Shown: positions 50,762 to 62,837 of the stretch, in pieces
How positions within the stretch are numbered: position 1 is the stretch's first letter
Layout of the letters: every line of letters starts with the position of its first letter
From: Adineta vaga
Lineage: Eukaryota > Animalia > Rotifera
Length of the DNA: 64,000 nucleotides
Reading direction: 5' to 3'
Assembly: GCA_021613535.1 (NCBI GenBank)
Contig: CP075496.1
Coordinates: 9,734,001-9,798,000, forward strand
Made by a program: the position numbers and the translations under genes
Notes under the pieces: generated by a model
The model's database searches: none
Told to the model about the DNA's origin: nothing
The model's input: the letters and a program-made list of their open reading frames with translations, nothing else

Positions 50762-53283
50762 ATGCAATTTCAAGGTAAAACAATTCGTAATTTCTGATAC
50801 ATTATTTTTCCTTCTGCAACGAAATATTTTGTAGCGTTAGCCATCGTTCTAGCTTCTTATTTCTTAATACAAGGATCAAGTCCTGTCTTAGCAACAGAAT
50901 CGCCAACATCGGCTACAGTATCTACAACAACAGAATCGCCAACATCGGCTACAGTATCTACAACAACAGAATCGCCAACATCGGCTACAGTATCTACAAC
51001 AACAGAATCGCCAACATCGGCTACAGTATCTACAACAACAGAATCGCCAACATCGGCTACAGTATCTACAACAACAGAATCGCCAACATCGGCTACAGTA
51101 TCTACAACAACAGAATCGCCAACATCGGCTACAGTATCTACAACAACAGAATCGCCAACATCGGCTACAGTATCTACAACAACAGAATCGCCAACATCGG
51201 CTACAGTATCTACAACAACAGAATCGCCAACATCGGCTACAGTATCTACAACAACAGAATCGCCAACATCGGCTACAGTATCTACAACAACAGAATCGCC
51301 AACATCGGCTACAGTATCTACAACAACAGAATCGCCAACATCGGCTACAGTATCTACAACAACAGAATCGCCAACATCGGCTACAGTATCTACAACATCA
51401 GGATCGACAACATCGGCTACAGGATCTGCAACAACAACAGTATCTACAACATCCACAACAACATCAGGATCCACAACATCCACAACAACATCAGGATCTA
51501 CAACAACAACATCGTCATCTATAATCAATGGATCTACAGGAGCAACAAGCTTTTCAACAACAGCAGCAACAAACGCAAGTATAGTAACATCTACGACAAC
51601 AGCTCATAGCACTACAATTGCTTCTTTATTATCTAATATTACTCTATTTGAATGTGACTTTTCTAAGTCATCATGTTTCACATCTGATAATGATTCTGTG
51701 ATTATTACAAATGGAAATGAATTTGCTAAAGCAATCAAGAAAGACAGTAAAGAACCTAGAGCACCCGTCTCGTCAGCAGAATTCATGAGTAAGTCTCTTA
51801 TTATATAAGCAGATGATGCACGAATAAATGCTCTTTTTTTTAGCTAAACAAGGAAGTGGTAGTGAATCATGTGCAATACCTTATAATGTTTCGTTTTTCA
51901 CAAATACATCTATCAATTGGAATATATGGTTTTGCTTTGAGAATGAATGTCCATCAAATATTGACAACAAAACATTAAATTGTTCATCAGGTAGGTGATA
52001 CGGTTGAACTTGTGTACATAGATCGTGTTGGAAATTATCGATTTGTTTATAGAAATGTCTTTGTCACTGTGCGATATTTATAAAAATATAATTTGTAACC
52101 TAATGATGATTAGACAATAGATTTACTTCGATATTGAATAATGTGATAATGAGTTTTCTTTAAGAATGCAAACTAGATAGTGAATCTTTCATGAGATTAC
52201 TTTCATTATCTATCTGATTTATTTGTTTCTGAAATATTTTTCATAATACGGTCGGAAAGGAACTAATTTATAGTCGAACGAAAAGTGCTTCTATAGTAGT
52301 GTATCGCTTTTATTTGTGTTCATTATATAATACATATTATGATAACTAACTTCTATATCTGAATCTTACACAAGAATCCCATCCACTTGTTTTGCTTTTG
52401 TAGGAAAGTATTCTCTAATTCCATTTGAACCGGGTGTTTCAAACAGAACAATTAGTATAAATGTGCCATCTTCTAATGGAAAGCTCCGTTCAAAAGATTC
52501 ACAATGCTTGTATTATTACTATTATATCACTCCTTTGAATACAACTTTGGAATCAAATGCACGAATTCAAGTGTACATGATTGATAATAATACTGAACTT
52601 TCAATTAGTATCGCCACAGATGTGAATATGACGCAAAATAGTTGGCAGAAGAGTTATGTAGATATAGCATCTTCCACAGGCAATTATACCGTAAGTCCGT
52701 AGACTTCAATACAATGATTATAAGCTGTCTAATATATTTTGTTTTTAGGTGGAGTTTCGCTTCGAATATAACATAAAGGATTTAGAAACAAATGAGACAA
52801 TTTATTTTGCTCTTGATGATATTACAGTGTATGATGCTAATTGCAAACGTAAGTTAAAGTTAATATTGAAAGTAAAAACTATTTTAATACTTCTAACAAA
52901 ATATCTAAACCATAATTTATACCAATGGTATAATAATATTTCGGTTTTCAATATGTTTTCAGATGTTCGTGAAATAAAAGATTCCGATTCAACTACAACA
53001 ACAATATCTTCGCTCCCAAGTCAAACATCTTTTTTCCTAAGTTTACATCGCTTTAATACTTTTGTTTTTTTCTTTTTCAGATAAACCTGATGTTGGTTTA
53101 GCTTTGGGCTTTGGATTGGGTCTAGGTTTACCATTTATTTTTTTAATAGTGTTAGGTTCTTTTTGTTATATGAAGAAATGTCGACATAAAAATACGAACA
53201 ACGAAATAATTACCAAATCCTATACCTCAAGAACATCAATCAATCCTTACGATTATTACGATATTCAAACAACATATTTTTAA
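50762..53283 (+). CDS. Type I membrane protein: signal peptide, Thr/Ser mucin repeats, MAM-like domain, TM helix
   Basis: Spliced start MQFQALAIVLASYFLIQGSSPVLA, then (TESPTSATVSTT)x14; FECDF..SC, CLYYYYY, SWQKSYVDI, ALDDI (MAM-like); TM VGLALGFGLGLGLPFIFLIVLGSFCY. Absent from the + ORF track because the ATG lies in a micro-exon. Confidence 0.8.
50894..51397 (+). repeat. Coding minisatellite: 14 identical 36-bp units
   Basis: Unit acagaatcgccaacatcggctacagtatctacaaca recurs every 36 nt from 50894 to 51362. Confidence 0.95.
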
Positions 53284-54033
53284 AGACAAAATTGAATTAT
53301 CAACTTTTTCTTATTGTTATTATTTAGTTAGCTTTACCATAGAATTTTCTTTTTTGTTTTAATTTAAAGACAAAAGAGTTGTTCGTATAGTTTTGTCTCT
53401 TAGATCTTTAAAGGTTGTAATGCTTCAATTTTCTTTTCGTCATTCATTAAAACGACCTTGGTAGTACTTTTTGTTTCTCTTTCATATGCTTGCTAAATGC
53501 AAGGATGTTGTTCTGTAATAAAACAAATACGATACGAATGATAAAGTTAGCAGTAAATATTATTGCTATAAAGAACGATAGGACTGTGCCTTCAATTTGT
53601 CACAGTTGTAAAGACATCGTTATATTTTGAAATAATTTTATCGCAAAGAGAGAGAGAGAAAGAACAAGCAAATGATTTGATTGGAGTGCATGACAAAACC
53701 ATCGATATTTAACGAAAGAGAACGAACGGGTACGTAAAATTTTTAGATATTTTGTAATGAAAATGACTTTTTTTTCGACACAATAAACAACAAAATATTG
53801 TCAAAGGTAATTTCGAAAAAACACAAAATGATATTGAATAAAATACATTCTAGGAATTCAATTAGCATGTAAAAAAACACATTCTTTCGACTTTCTTCTA
53901 ACATGAATTTGAATCTATTGTGTTATTCTATTGAAAGAAAATTGTTCAGATCTTTTCATCAAGAGAAAAAAGAAATCGAAGAATTTATGATTGAAACTAT
54001 ACAAAATACTTGACTAAAAAGAAATTGATTCAA

Positions 54034-55117
54034 TTAAACAATTGTATTGGTCACTGGAAACGTTCCAAAAGCAAATGAGCGTGGTCTACGACGAGATCGT
54101 TTACGCTGTGAATCTTGATGATAATAAAGTGTAGCTAAACTTCGCATTGGTGCAGAATAATCCATACGAGGTACAATTTGTGTTATAGCCCATGAATAAT
54201 CGGGATAATTAACAAGACGTTCATCTAATAAATATTGATATGGAAGATAACAATAACCATAATTACCCTAGAAAAAAAAATTATTGAATTCCACGTAAAT
54301 CTTATGAAAATGTTGTTCGTACCCAATCACGTCCCCATGAATTTCGTGCAATAAAACATTCGGAATCATCATCATATCCAACAAGAAGTATAGCATGTGA
54401 AGTTAGATAAGCTATTTCATAGTCATATGGATCAGGTATATTAATATAACCACCATTAGCATTAGCTTCACCATTAATTTCATATTTCATTTTTACAGCA
54501 ACAACAGCTGGTATTTGATTAGCTAGACATGTTTTAATTGCATGAATATTAATTGGTATACGAAGCGGTATAATCGTATGTTGTCTTGCTGCTGCATATA
54601 CTTCAGGTGGTGGTTTTCTATTTAATAAACGTCGATCATATGGCCAAAGTTCTTCTCTACATAAACCATATTTACGCATACCAACAACGACATTTTTTCT
54701 TGATGCACCTGCATCTTCAACCGAACGAGTTCTTTGATCTATAATCTGTCCGTTAAAATAGATAAATAATCGAGAAAGTGCAGTGTATACACCAGTTCGA
54801 CGTTTTAGTAAATATTCACATGCACTAGCAAAAGCACTAGATACACTAAAATCAAGAAGGAGAAAAAAATCTAAACGTTACGTTACATATGAATACATTG
54901 ACAAGGTAACGTACCAAGTATTCATATAATCTTGATTTACGATAGGAGACATCCATCGTCGTAAATCAACTTGACGTGGTAATATGCCATAAGCGGCATT
55001 ATCTGTAAGCATCGTACTACGAAACATTTCAGCACTATCAAATGAACGATAAGCGCTCGACATGTATCCATTTGTAGTGTTGAACATATAGTTACTTGTC
55101 AACATTTCTTTTCTCAA
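54034..55117 (-). CDS. Papain-family (C1A) cysteine peptidase of bacterial/xylellain-like type, with introns
   Basis: LPRQVDLR…PIVNQ…TC (Cys codon split by the ~54847-54914 intron), LSRLFIY, GLC.E..WPY, HAILLVGYDD, RNSWG..WG..GY.YLPY; no I29 prodomain seen; 5' end uncertain. Confidence 0.85.
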
Positions 55118-55669
55118 CTAATATTAGATGTGTACAAAATTAGAAGAAGAAAGAATCATTCAATATTCGTTGTCGTCAATACTGATCAACTATAGGAAGA
55201 GACAGACCAATATACGTTTGTATTTATTACCATGACTAATTGAGTGCAGCAAGTAGGAGTTGTTCGTTTCGGTTGACATTTTTATTTTTATATACATATA
55301 AGAGAGAAAAATGTCTAAATATTTACTATATTACCTTTAAGTCTACGCCAAATGACTACTATTTTTCACACACAATTCGAACATATGTTTATTATTGACA
55401 ATTAATTAAGTAGAGAGTGTTGAGTCAAGGTTATGAATAATATTTTCAATGTGTTGAAAGTCACGAAAGTTTTTAGAACAAGAAGTGTTCTAGTGCTATG
55501 ATATTCGTACATAATAATGATAATAATTATAGTTATCAAAAACGAATCATCTATTCGTAAGATAGAAGGTCGCAAAGAACTAGAACTAGAATCATTTCTT
55601 TGTTTATTTTTCTGCTTTTATCCATCAGAAAAAATGACTGTTACAGTGTAAAATTTGATTTTTCTTTAA

Positions 55670-56152
55670 TTAACCTGAATTCTCACTTGATGTTTGATTC
55701 CACATTGTTAAACCTCGAACAAGACTAAGATTGTCGATTGATGTCCATTTAAATCGTATTGTTCCACCAGCAATTGGATTAGCAAGAAGATGACGTTGTG
55801 GTACATTTGGTGTACGTCGATCTCCAACAATAAGATGATTATCAACTAATAATTTGATATGAACACCTTTATCTTTATGTACTTCACAAGAACCTTGATA
55901 AGTAATTTCAAAAGGTGTTGGTTGAGCAACGTTAAAAACCGTTTTTAAGCCAGGAACTTGAATATAAATATCCGAAACGGAAACATTAAAATGACTTGGT
56001 GTTTGATATTTGAAATAGAAATGAGTTGGCGATGCAGAAAAATCACGTGTCATTTTGGCTGGAATATCAATAATATCAACATCCGTGAAATCGTCGCATC
56101 GAACGACAACGATCAACAAGACACAATTAATGCAGAAAGTAATGAATGGCAT
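55670..56152 (-). CDS. Putative secreted beta-rich protein of unknown function (possibly truncated)
   Basis: 160-aa ORF with hydrophobic N-terminus MPFITFCINCVLLIVVVRC; no family recognised. Confidence 0.5.
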   Translation of the reverse strand: MPFITFCINCVLLIVVVRCDDFTDVDIIDIPAKMTRDFSASPTHFYFKYQTPSHFNVSVSDIYIQVPGLKTVFNVAQPTPFEITYQGSCEVHKDKGVHIKLLVDNHLIVGDRRTPNVPQRHLLANPIAGGTIRFKWTSIDNLSLVRGLTMWNQTSSENSG

Positions 56153-56521
56153 TCAAATAATGCAAATACAAATGATGAATACTATACACATTCCGTTTTG
56201 TCCTTATATATAGATTGTTTATTTGACATATTTGATTTCATTGAAAATACATTGTCGAACGTTCCTTGTAGTTTCAAATCATCATATGATATGAGAGAAA
56301 GTAATCCAAAACAAATAATTTCCATCAAAAGAAATGGAGGAAGTACTCAGACACTTGATTTTCTTGAGGAATAACCGATAACAGAAAATGTTTTGTAGAT
56401 TACAAGATTTACCTTCAAAACTGGAATACATATAGTCTTTCATGTCATTTGACAAGTTAGCAAATATGATCCAATACACTTCCATGCGTCTCATATTTCA
56501 TATCGTATACTTTTCTTTCAG

Positions 56522-57350
56522 TTTGAAGTGAAAATATACGCTGGTCCAGATACTCTCTGTACTGTAACTCAACAAAACTTTCAAATGCAACGATAAAAAT
56601 TGTAAAGATATTTGATGAATATATTGACTGTTTCACATAGATTTTATTCTTGTTTTAGTTTTAAAAGTAGAAAAAATGAATGGATTGATGACAATCGATT
56701 ATGAAGAAGCAGATGATCTTAGTATCATAATTAGTTCTTATGTAAGTGTTACAGAAAACTGATTTTGAATGAATGACTTGATCGTTTTCTAACTGAAATA
56801 TGACTATATAGGTAGTTAAAGGTAAAAATGTTTATGATATTACTATTTCACAAACATTTTCTTTAATTCGTCAATCCTCTGGTCTTTGCGTTTTAATAAA
56901 CAAGCTGAATGTCAATTGGAAAATAGAATTAATCCATTTGGTAAACGAAAACGAAATTTAGATAGTCAAGTAGCTACACAATGGTGTGATGCATATATGA
57001 AACAAGCACATGCAATTGCAAAAGAAGAATTCGGAAATATAGGTAGTAAATTAGCAGAACATGCTCGTATGGCGTGTATCGATGATGTCTCTGTAACAGG
57101 TGATCGATCGGTTAGTTTCATTCGTTTTTAATGAATGTATATATCATTGTTTAATATTTAGTGGGCACAAAGTTCAATTAATTTTGTTACTATGGATGCT
57201 CTGAGAGTGAGTCGATTAGAAGGTAAAGCACGTCAGATGAAATTACGAACATTGTCATCACTGTGGCAAAAGCAAAATTATGTGCTGAAGAAATTATTGG
57301 TAAAGATCGATATCCTTCTACAAATGCTACTGAAATTTATCAATAAATCT
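56522..57350 (+). pseudogene. Fragments of a Cys-containing extracellular protein gene (resembles the C-terminal region of vWD-type proteins)
   Basis: Exon-like pieces …ATQWCDAY…MACIDDVSVTGDRS|WAQSS…, with stops and frame changes and no intact 5' part. Confidence 0.35.
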
Positions 57351-57522
57351 TATGAAATAATTTTGAACGACAATTCAAATCGTATAAAAAAAACTTTCGA
57401 ATTTCGATGATAAAATAAGATTTGTTCGAAATAAAACTAAAATGATAATTATTATTATCGATAGATATCTCTTTTCTAGAAGAAAATAGTTTTTAATCAT
57501 TGATTTATTCTGTAAAATATAT

Positions 57523-58046
57523 TTAACAATTTCTCCATCCATTAAGTCCAAGACGTGTACGAATATCTCGTAATTGTCCACCATTAATTTCTCTGACTTG
57601 AGCATGGAGATGAACACCAGTCGATTGACCAGATGTACCCATTAAACCAATATATTGTGCACGAGCAACTCTTTGACCAACTGATACAGTAATAGAATTT
57701 GCAGTCATATGACAATAGAGTACTTTGACAGTATTATGTTGAATCTCAACATAATTACCACAAGCACCACAACGACTTTGATCAAAATCACCAGCACCAT
57801 TACAAACACCAATAACTGTTCCATCCCAAATAGTATATAAATTAACTCGTTTAGCACCGAAAGAACCAATATCTACAGCTTGATGACCAGAATGAAATCC
57901 TTGTGTAACACAAGCTTCACCATATGAAACAGGTGGAAAATGTTCTTGGCCATGAACTAAAATTCTTTCGAATAGATAATATTTCAAGAATAACAAAACA
58001 AACCTATGCTAACAATAACAGCAGCAATGATGAGTACTGGATACAT
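57523..58046 (-). CDS. Secreted M23-family (lysostaphin/LytM-like) zinc metallopeptidase, 2 exons
   Basis: Exons 58004-58046 and 57523-57956 (47-nt GT-AG intron) give 158 aa: MYPVLIIAAVIVSIVHG-QEH…; HQAVD (HxxxD), GNYVEIQH, YCHM, VGQRV, IGLMGTSGQSTGVHLH (HxH). Confidence 0.92.
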
Positions 58047-58593
58047 GATTTAATTCGAAGAAGAAACGAATAAGCGTAATGAAAAACTTCTCTTTTCGAG
58101 TCATGAAGGAAGAGCTATAGTTATATTACGAAAATAGAGGTATGCTGTGAGAAAAATACCATCTGTTACTTGATAATATATCGATCATCGAGTTCTCATT
58201 CTAAACTAGATATTTTCGTCATATTTTATATGGACTTTATTCCTTTTAACATTACATATATGATTAAAAATAATTCGAGTCCATGAGAAATAAAAGCAGA
58301 TTTTTAAATCGAATGATTCTATCACGTCTGTAAGAAAATACAATGGTAAACATATACGTATACATTCCGACATCTGTTTAACCATGACTTGCGTAATATT
58401 CCATAGAGAAGAAGAGTAGCATTAGGTCATATCGATGGATGATCTATCATTCTGTCTTGTATATTCTTCTATTCAGACTGAAGATAATAAATGTTATTTT
58501 CTTTCTGTTCTCTTCGTTCATACATGATCTAACTGAACATAAGAGAGCCATTTGAAGAAACAGTTGTCTTAGTATATCGAACATTTTACAACG

Positions 58594-58884
58594 ATGCATT
58601 TACTCATTGGAATCATTGGTTTTAGCTTATTTTTTGTTACTCTCAATGGTCTAAATGAAACATGTCTTCATATTCAAAGCAAAGGAAAACATTGTACAAT
58701 GGAAAAAGAATCGATTCTTGAACGTATGTTCATTCCACCAACAACAACAGAAAATCAAGAATGCGAGAGATCATGCATTCAATCAGGTTACAATGGTGGT
58801 GGATATTGTTCAATTTCGGAAAATTGCTTTCGTTTTTGTTCTTGTTATCATTTAGTAGTTAGTTCTTCCTTTAAAAATGAATAA
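58594..58884 (+). CDS. Secreted 8-Cys macin/defensin-like (CS-alpha-beta) peptide
   Basis: Signal peptide (~19 aa); Cys at 24, 34, 57, 61, 72, 78, 82, 84 with CxxxC, GGYC and CxCY motifs. Confidence 0.7.
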   Translation: MHLLIGIIGFSLFFVTLNGLNETCLHIQSKGKHCTMEKESILERMFIPPTTTENQECERSCIQSGYNGGGYCSISENCFRFCSCYHLVVSSSFKNE

Positions 58885-59507
58885 ACATGATTAATTCTTG
58901 ATGCAAATGTGTATTCTCAAGATTATCTCAGGAATAATACCTACTTAAAACAAATGAAATGAATTTGTTACGGAGAAATATTTTTAGACAAATATCTTTT
59001 TGACATCGCATTTCTAATATTAAACTCATCATATACTAATTCTATGTGAATATGTCGAACGTCATTAATGTTCTCATTTAGATAGTAACAGTTTCGATCT
59101 ATTTCACTTCGTCAGATTTGAAATTTTTCTCATTGTTATTAATTATGTTATTGTAAGTAAACATTATACTAAATCAAAGTATTATCTTAAAATAGAAGTC
59201 AGTAGTTCTATTTTGAACTTAAAATACACATTTTCATAGTGAGATACATCTAATTCGACAGGTAGGTTAAAATAGAAATCAACGTACATAGAATTTATTT
59301 ATAAGTATTATTATGTATAATGTAAAATGTCAGCGGGTATGTCAAAAGATTTCTAATTAGCCTTTCACATCCTTTAGCTAATGAAAAAGGAAATGTAATC
59401 ACGAAATTTATCTTCTAGTAAAGCTCACTTTAGTCTCGACAGTTTTCCTTTTCATTTCAAAAAGAAAAACTGAGTCGCGAATACTTATAAATAAATATAA
59501 AATTCTA

Positions 59508-60500
59508 ATGAATTCTAGCAGCACATCAACCATTCGAATTACAACGACAACAATAACAAGTTCACTTACTGTAATTCAAAATCTAATCACACAATACACA
59601 TTTCTCGTGATATTTATTCTTGGTAATGTCAGTAATCTTACAAATATCTTAGTTTTTCTTCAAAAAGCTTTACGAACAAATGCTTGTTCATGGTATTTTG
59701 CATTGGTATCACTTGGTCATCTAATATTTCTTTATTTCGGTTGTTTAACACGAATTCTCACTACATGGTTAGGCTATGATTTAAGTCGCACATCAATTAT
59801 CTATTGTCGTATTCGAATTTATTTTCTTACAATTAGTTTATTAACAGCACGACTTTTCTTATGTTTTATTTCCATTGATCGATGGATGGTTACATCACGT
59901 GAAAATTCTATTCGTCAATTAAGTTCCATGAAAATTGTACGTTGGTTTATTTTCATCGGAATCAGTTTTTGTATTCTCTTTAGTATTAATTTTCCAATTT
60001 GGTATCGTATTGAAGGAACACGAGGATGTATTGGTGCACCAGATACATTCTATCCGTTATTTTATACGATTTATAATTTAGTTATTACAATTGGTCCATT
60101 CGTAATCATGATTTTCTTCAGTTTATTAGTTCTTAATAATCTTCGACGAAGACACCGACGACAAATTATAGGAACAACACAAACAGCGGTGCCAATCGTA
60201 ACTACTCAACAATATTATCGAAAAGAAATGCAATTCATAAAATTATCCTTAATTCAAGTATTTCTCTATGTTCTTTGTAATACATTCTATGCTTACAATG
60301 CAACATATGCTTTCATAACACAATCATTTGTAAAAACACCAGAACAAGTTATTCTAGATTCATTTTTGAGTACAATTGGATTAAATATTAGTTATTTTTA
60401 TATGGCAATCACATTCTTTTTATATACGGTTGTGTCAAGTACATTTCGAAAAGAATGTCTATTAACAATTAAACGAATTCTACAATGCAAATTTCAATAA
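59508..60500 (+). CDS. Rhodopsin-like 7TM GPCR
   Basis: 330 aa; GN..N in TM1, NAC, SIDRW, FFLY..S.TFRKE. Confidence 0.87.
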   Translation: MNSSSTSTIRITTTTITSSLTVIQNLITQYTFLVIFILGNVSNLTNILVFLQKALRTNACSWYFALVSLGHLIFLYFGCLTRILTTWLGYDLSRTSIIYCRIRIYFLTISLLTARLFLCFISIDRWMVTSRENSIRQLSSMKIVRWFIFIGISFCILFSINFPIWYRIEGTRGCIGAPDTFYPLFYTIYNLVITIGPFVIMIFFSLLVLNNLRRRHRRQIIGTTQTAVPIVTTQQYYRKEMQFIKLSLIQVFLYVLCNTFYAYNATYAFITQSFVKTPEQVILDSFLSTIGLNISYFYMAITFFLYTVVSSTFRKECLLTIKRILQCKFQ

Positions 60501-60759
60501 ACAGACATCAAAAATGATATTCATTGAATGTTGTAATTTGTAAAAATTGTTGTGTAAAACTTAATAAAGAAGATGAAAGTCATATATCTATTGCTAACGA
60601 TTGCATGTTTAAATAGATTAAAGAACTTTTCATTATCAAATTTGACAAAAATAACGAGTAATTTGAAAACCTCTAATTGTTCTGATGATAATCTAAATAA
60701 AAGATGTATATAGTCGAAAAATCATTATTAAACTCGTTGACATTTCCTTTAAATATAGA

Positions 60760-61803
60760 ATGAACAATACAACTGAAAATATTCTTTCTGAAAAATATAA
60801 ATTTTTAACTCAACAATTTACAAAATATCTTGGTATTCCATTATATACTCTTTGTTTCTATGGAACAATAATGAATATGATTATTTTTACTCAACATACT
60901 TATTTTCATCGATCTGGTTCTCTCTATCTTTTAATTGCTTCATTTTGTGATTGTATCTATTTACATATTGCACCATTATCAAATATTCTTCAATATGGTT
61001 TTCATTATGATTGGACAATTAATTCAATTGAATTTTGTAAACTAAAATCTTGTTTCGTTTTTGTTATCACAGGTATATCAGCAACATTAACAACATTAGC
61101 CAATGTTAATCAATATATATTAAGTTCGAAAAGAAATAAACGATGGAAATATACTTCAAAACGAATAACAATTCGATGGATTGCTTTTACAATCATTACT
61201 TTATTGATTCTTTCTATTCCAATTCTTTTCTGTTATACACGACATGATCATTCATCGAATAATGAACAATTGATTTGTTCAAATTCATTGAATAATCAAA
61301 TTTGCTTTTGGTTACAAATATTTTATGTTTGTTTATTGAATGGTTTTATTCATCCATTTCTTATGCTTTTCTTTGGATTATGTACATTTAGAAATATTCA
61401 TCATCTAAAACAAAGATCGATAGTCAAATCTAAACGTATTCGACAAGTTAATTATCAAATATCATCGATGTTAGTTCTGCAATCAATTAAATCAAGTTTT
61501 GCATCAATTCCTTATGCAATATTTAATTCATATGTTTTAATAACGATTAAAAAACAGAAATCATTATTTTATCAAGCAAAAGAAAATATTGTTAGTCAAT
61601 GTGTTTATTTTCTGTTTTGGAGTAATTATACAAGTTTTTTTATTTATTTATATTCATCAAATATTTTCAAACATCATTGGGAAGAAATTATGAAGAAAGT
61701 CATCTGTTGTTTGTTTGGAAGAAGACAACAACGACAACAATCAAATTATCAAATTCAAATGAAAAGGATGACTATTGTACGATCGATTGGTAATCCAAAT
61801 TAA
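60760..61803 (+). CDS. Rhodopsin-like 7TM GPCR (DRY motif replaced by NQY)
   Basis: 347 aa; 7 hydrophobic segments, FCKLK before TM3, FFIYLYSS.IF. Confidence 0.8.
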   Translation: MNNTTENILSEKYKFLTQQFTKYLGIPLYTLCFYGTIMNMIIFTQHTYFHRSGSLYLLIASFCDCIYLHIAPLSNILQYGFHYDWTINSIEFCKLKSCFVFVITGISATLTTLANVNQYILSSKRNKRWKYTSKRITIRWIAFTIITLLILSIPILFCYTRHDHSSNNEQLICSNSLNNQICFWLQIFYVCLLNGFIHPFLMLFFGLCTFRNIHHLKQRSIVKSKRIRQVNYQISSMLVLQSIKSSFASIPYAIFNSYVLITIKKQKSLFYQAKENIVSQCVYFLFWSNYTSFFIYLYSSNIFKHHWEEIMKKVICCLFGRRQQRQQSNYQIQMKRMTIVRSIGNPN

Positions 61804-61919
61804 AGATTCTTCTTCTTCTTCTTATATTTTCGATAAATCAACAAGAGATTATAATATGTATTTTCAAATCTGATATTTGATTTTAAGGAAATAAATATCT
61901 ATATGAAAAAGTATTAATA

Positions 61920-62837
61920 TCATTGATCTATTGACAATGAAAATCTGTACATCGTGGAGAAAGGAAAGTATCGTTGTATAGCAGATTGTAGTGGGAACAA
62001 TAGACATTACTCACTGCGGTTTGATAATGATGGAAAAAGTTATGTCACTGATACTGGTAATCCTCGAGTTCAAAAACTTGATTTAACATTAAATTCTTGT
62101 AGTAAGTTTATGTGCTAAAGTAAAGTTCTGTAATTCGTGCCAGTTGTATGCAAAAGTAATATTTTCATATATTCCGTTGATGAGAAAGATAATATTTTGA
62201 TGATTTGTTGATATATGAAATCTCGTAGAAAACAACTCTTTGTACATATGAATCTGAGAAAACCTTTTTATTCGAATAATATATTTTCGAGAAATCAATC
62301 AAGCATGGCATTTTTACGGATAGTACAGATACTTCTTTGTTGTCGATTGAGACTACGACAATTGCTGATACTTCACGACCGGCGTCTGCTTTCTGATTGG
62401 TAATCATTTAGATACAAAATTGCCGGCAACAACAAGCCAAACAACTGAATTTACAAGTGTGTCATCAGGTACGTATCTTTTTGTATATAATAAATTGGGT
62501 CTTGATCTTGTCAGAAAAGACTTCTCCCAGAATTAAACAGAGATTTGGGAATGAATACTTTTAGTAAATCCTGTCACTGAATTATATTCAACAACAGCAG
62601 GTACTACTACTACTACTATTAAAACCATGATAATAACATGATAATGGTACAAATCATCTAGGATACTTTTGTTTATGTCCAACTGATTTTAATGGTACGC
62701 ATTGTCAATTAGACCATTAAATTTGTTTTGGTATTCATCCAACACGTCAAGAATTAGAACGAATTCCACGATTTGTTTATATAGATCCACTTTCAACTAA
62801 AGAACGAATTAATACAAGCGAAGAAACAGTTATCTAA
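61920..62837 (+). pseudogene. Relic of an NHL-repeat / EGF-containing gene
   Basis: SLRFDNDGKSYVTDTGNPRVQK (NHL-like, ~62010-62100) and CLCPTDFNGTHCQL (EGF-like, ~62670-62710), separated by stops and frameshifts. Confidence 0.55.

Noticed and set aside
50894-51397. 36-bp repeat array as a CRISPR array
   Set aside because: Units are contiguous with no spacers, lie in frame within a eukaryotic mucin exon, and no cas genes are present.
50857-51528. 223-aa Val/Asp-rich minus-strand ORF
   Set aside because: Antisense shadow of the Thr/Ser repeat; the + strand has the signal peptide, splice sites and downstream domains.
54034-58046. Bacterial contamination or a chimeric contig
   Set aside because: The bacterial-type genes contain GT-AG introns, share the host's low GC and are interleaved with animal genes.
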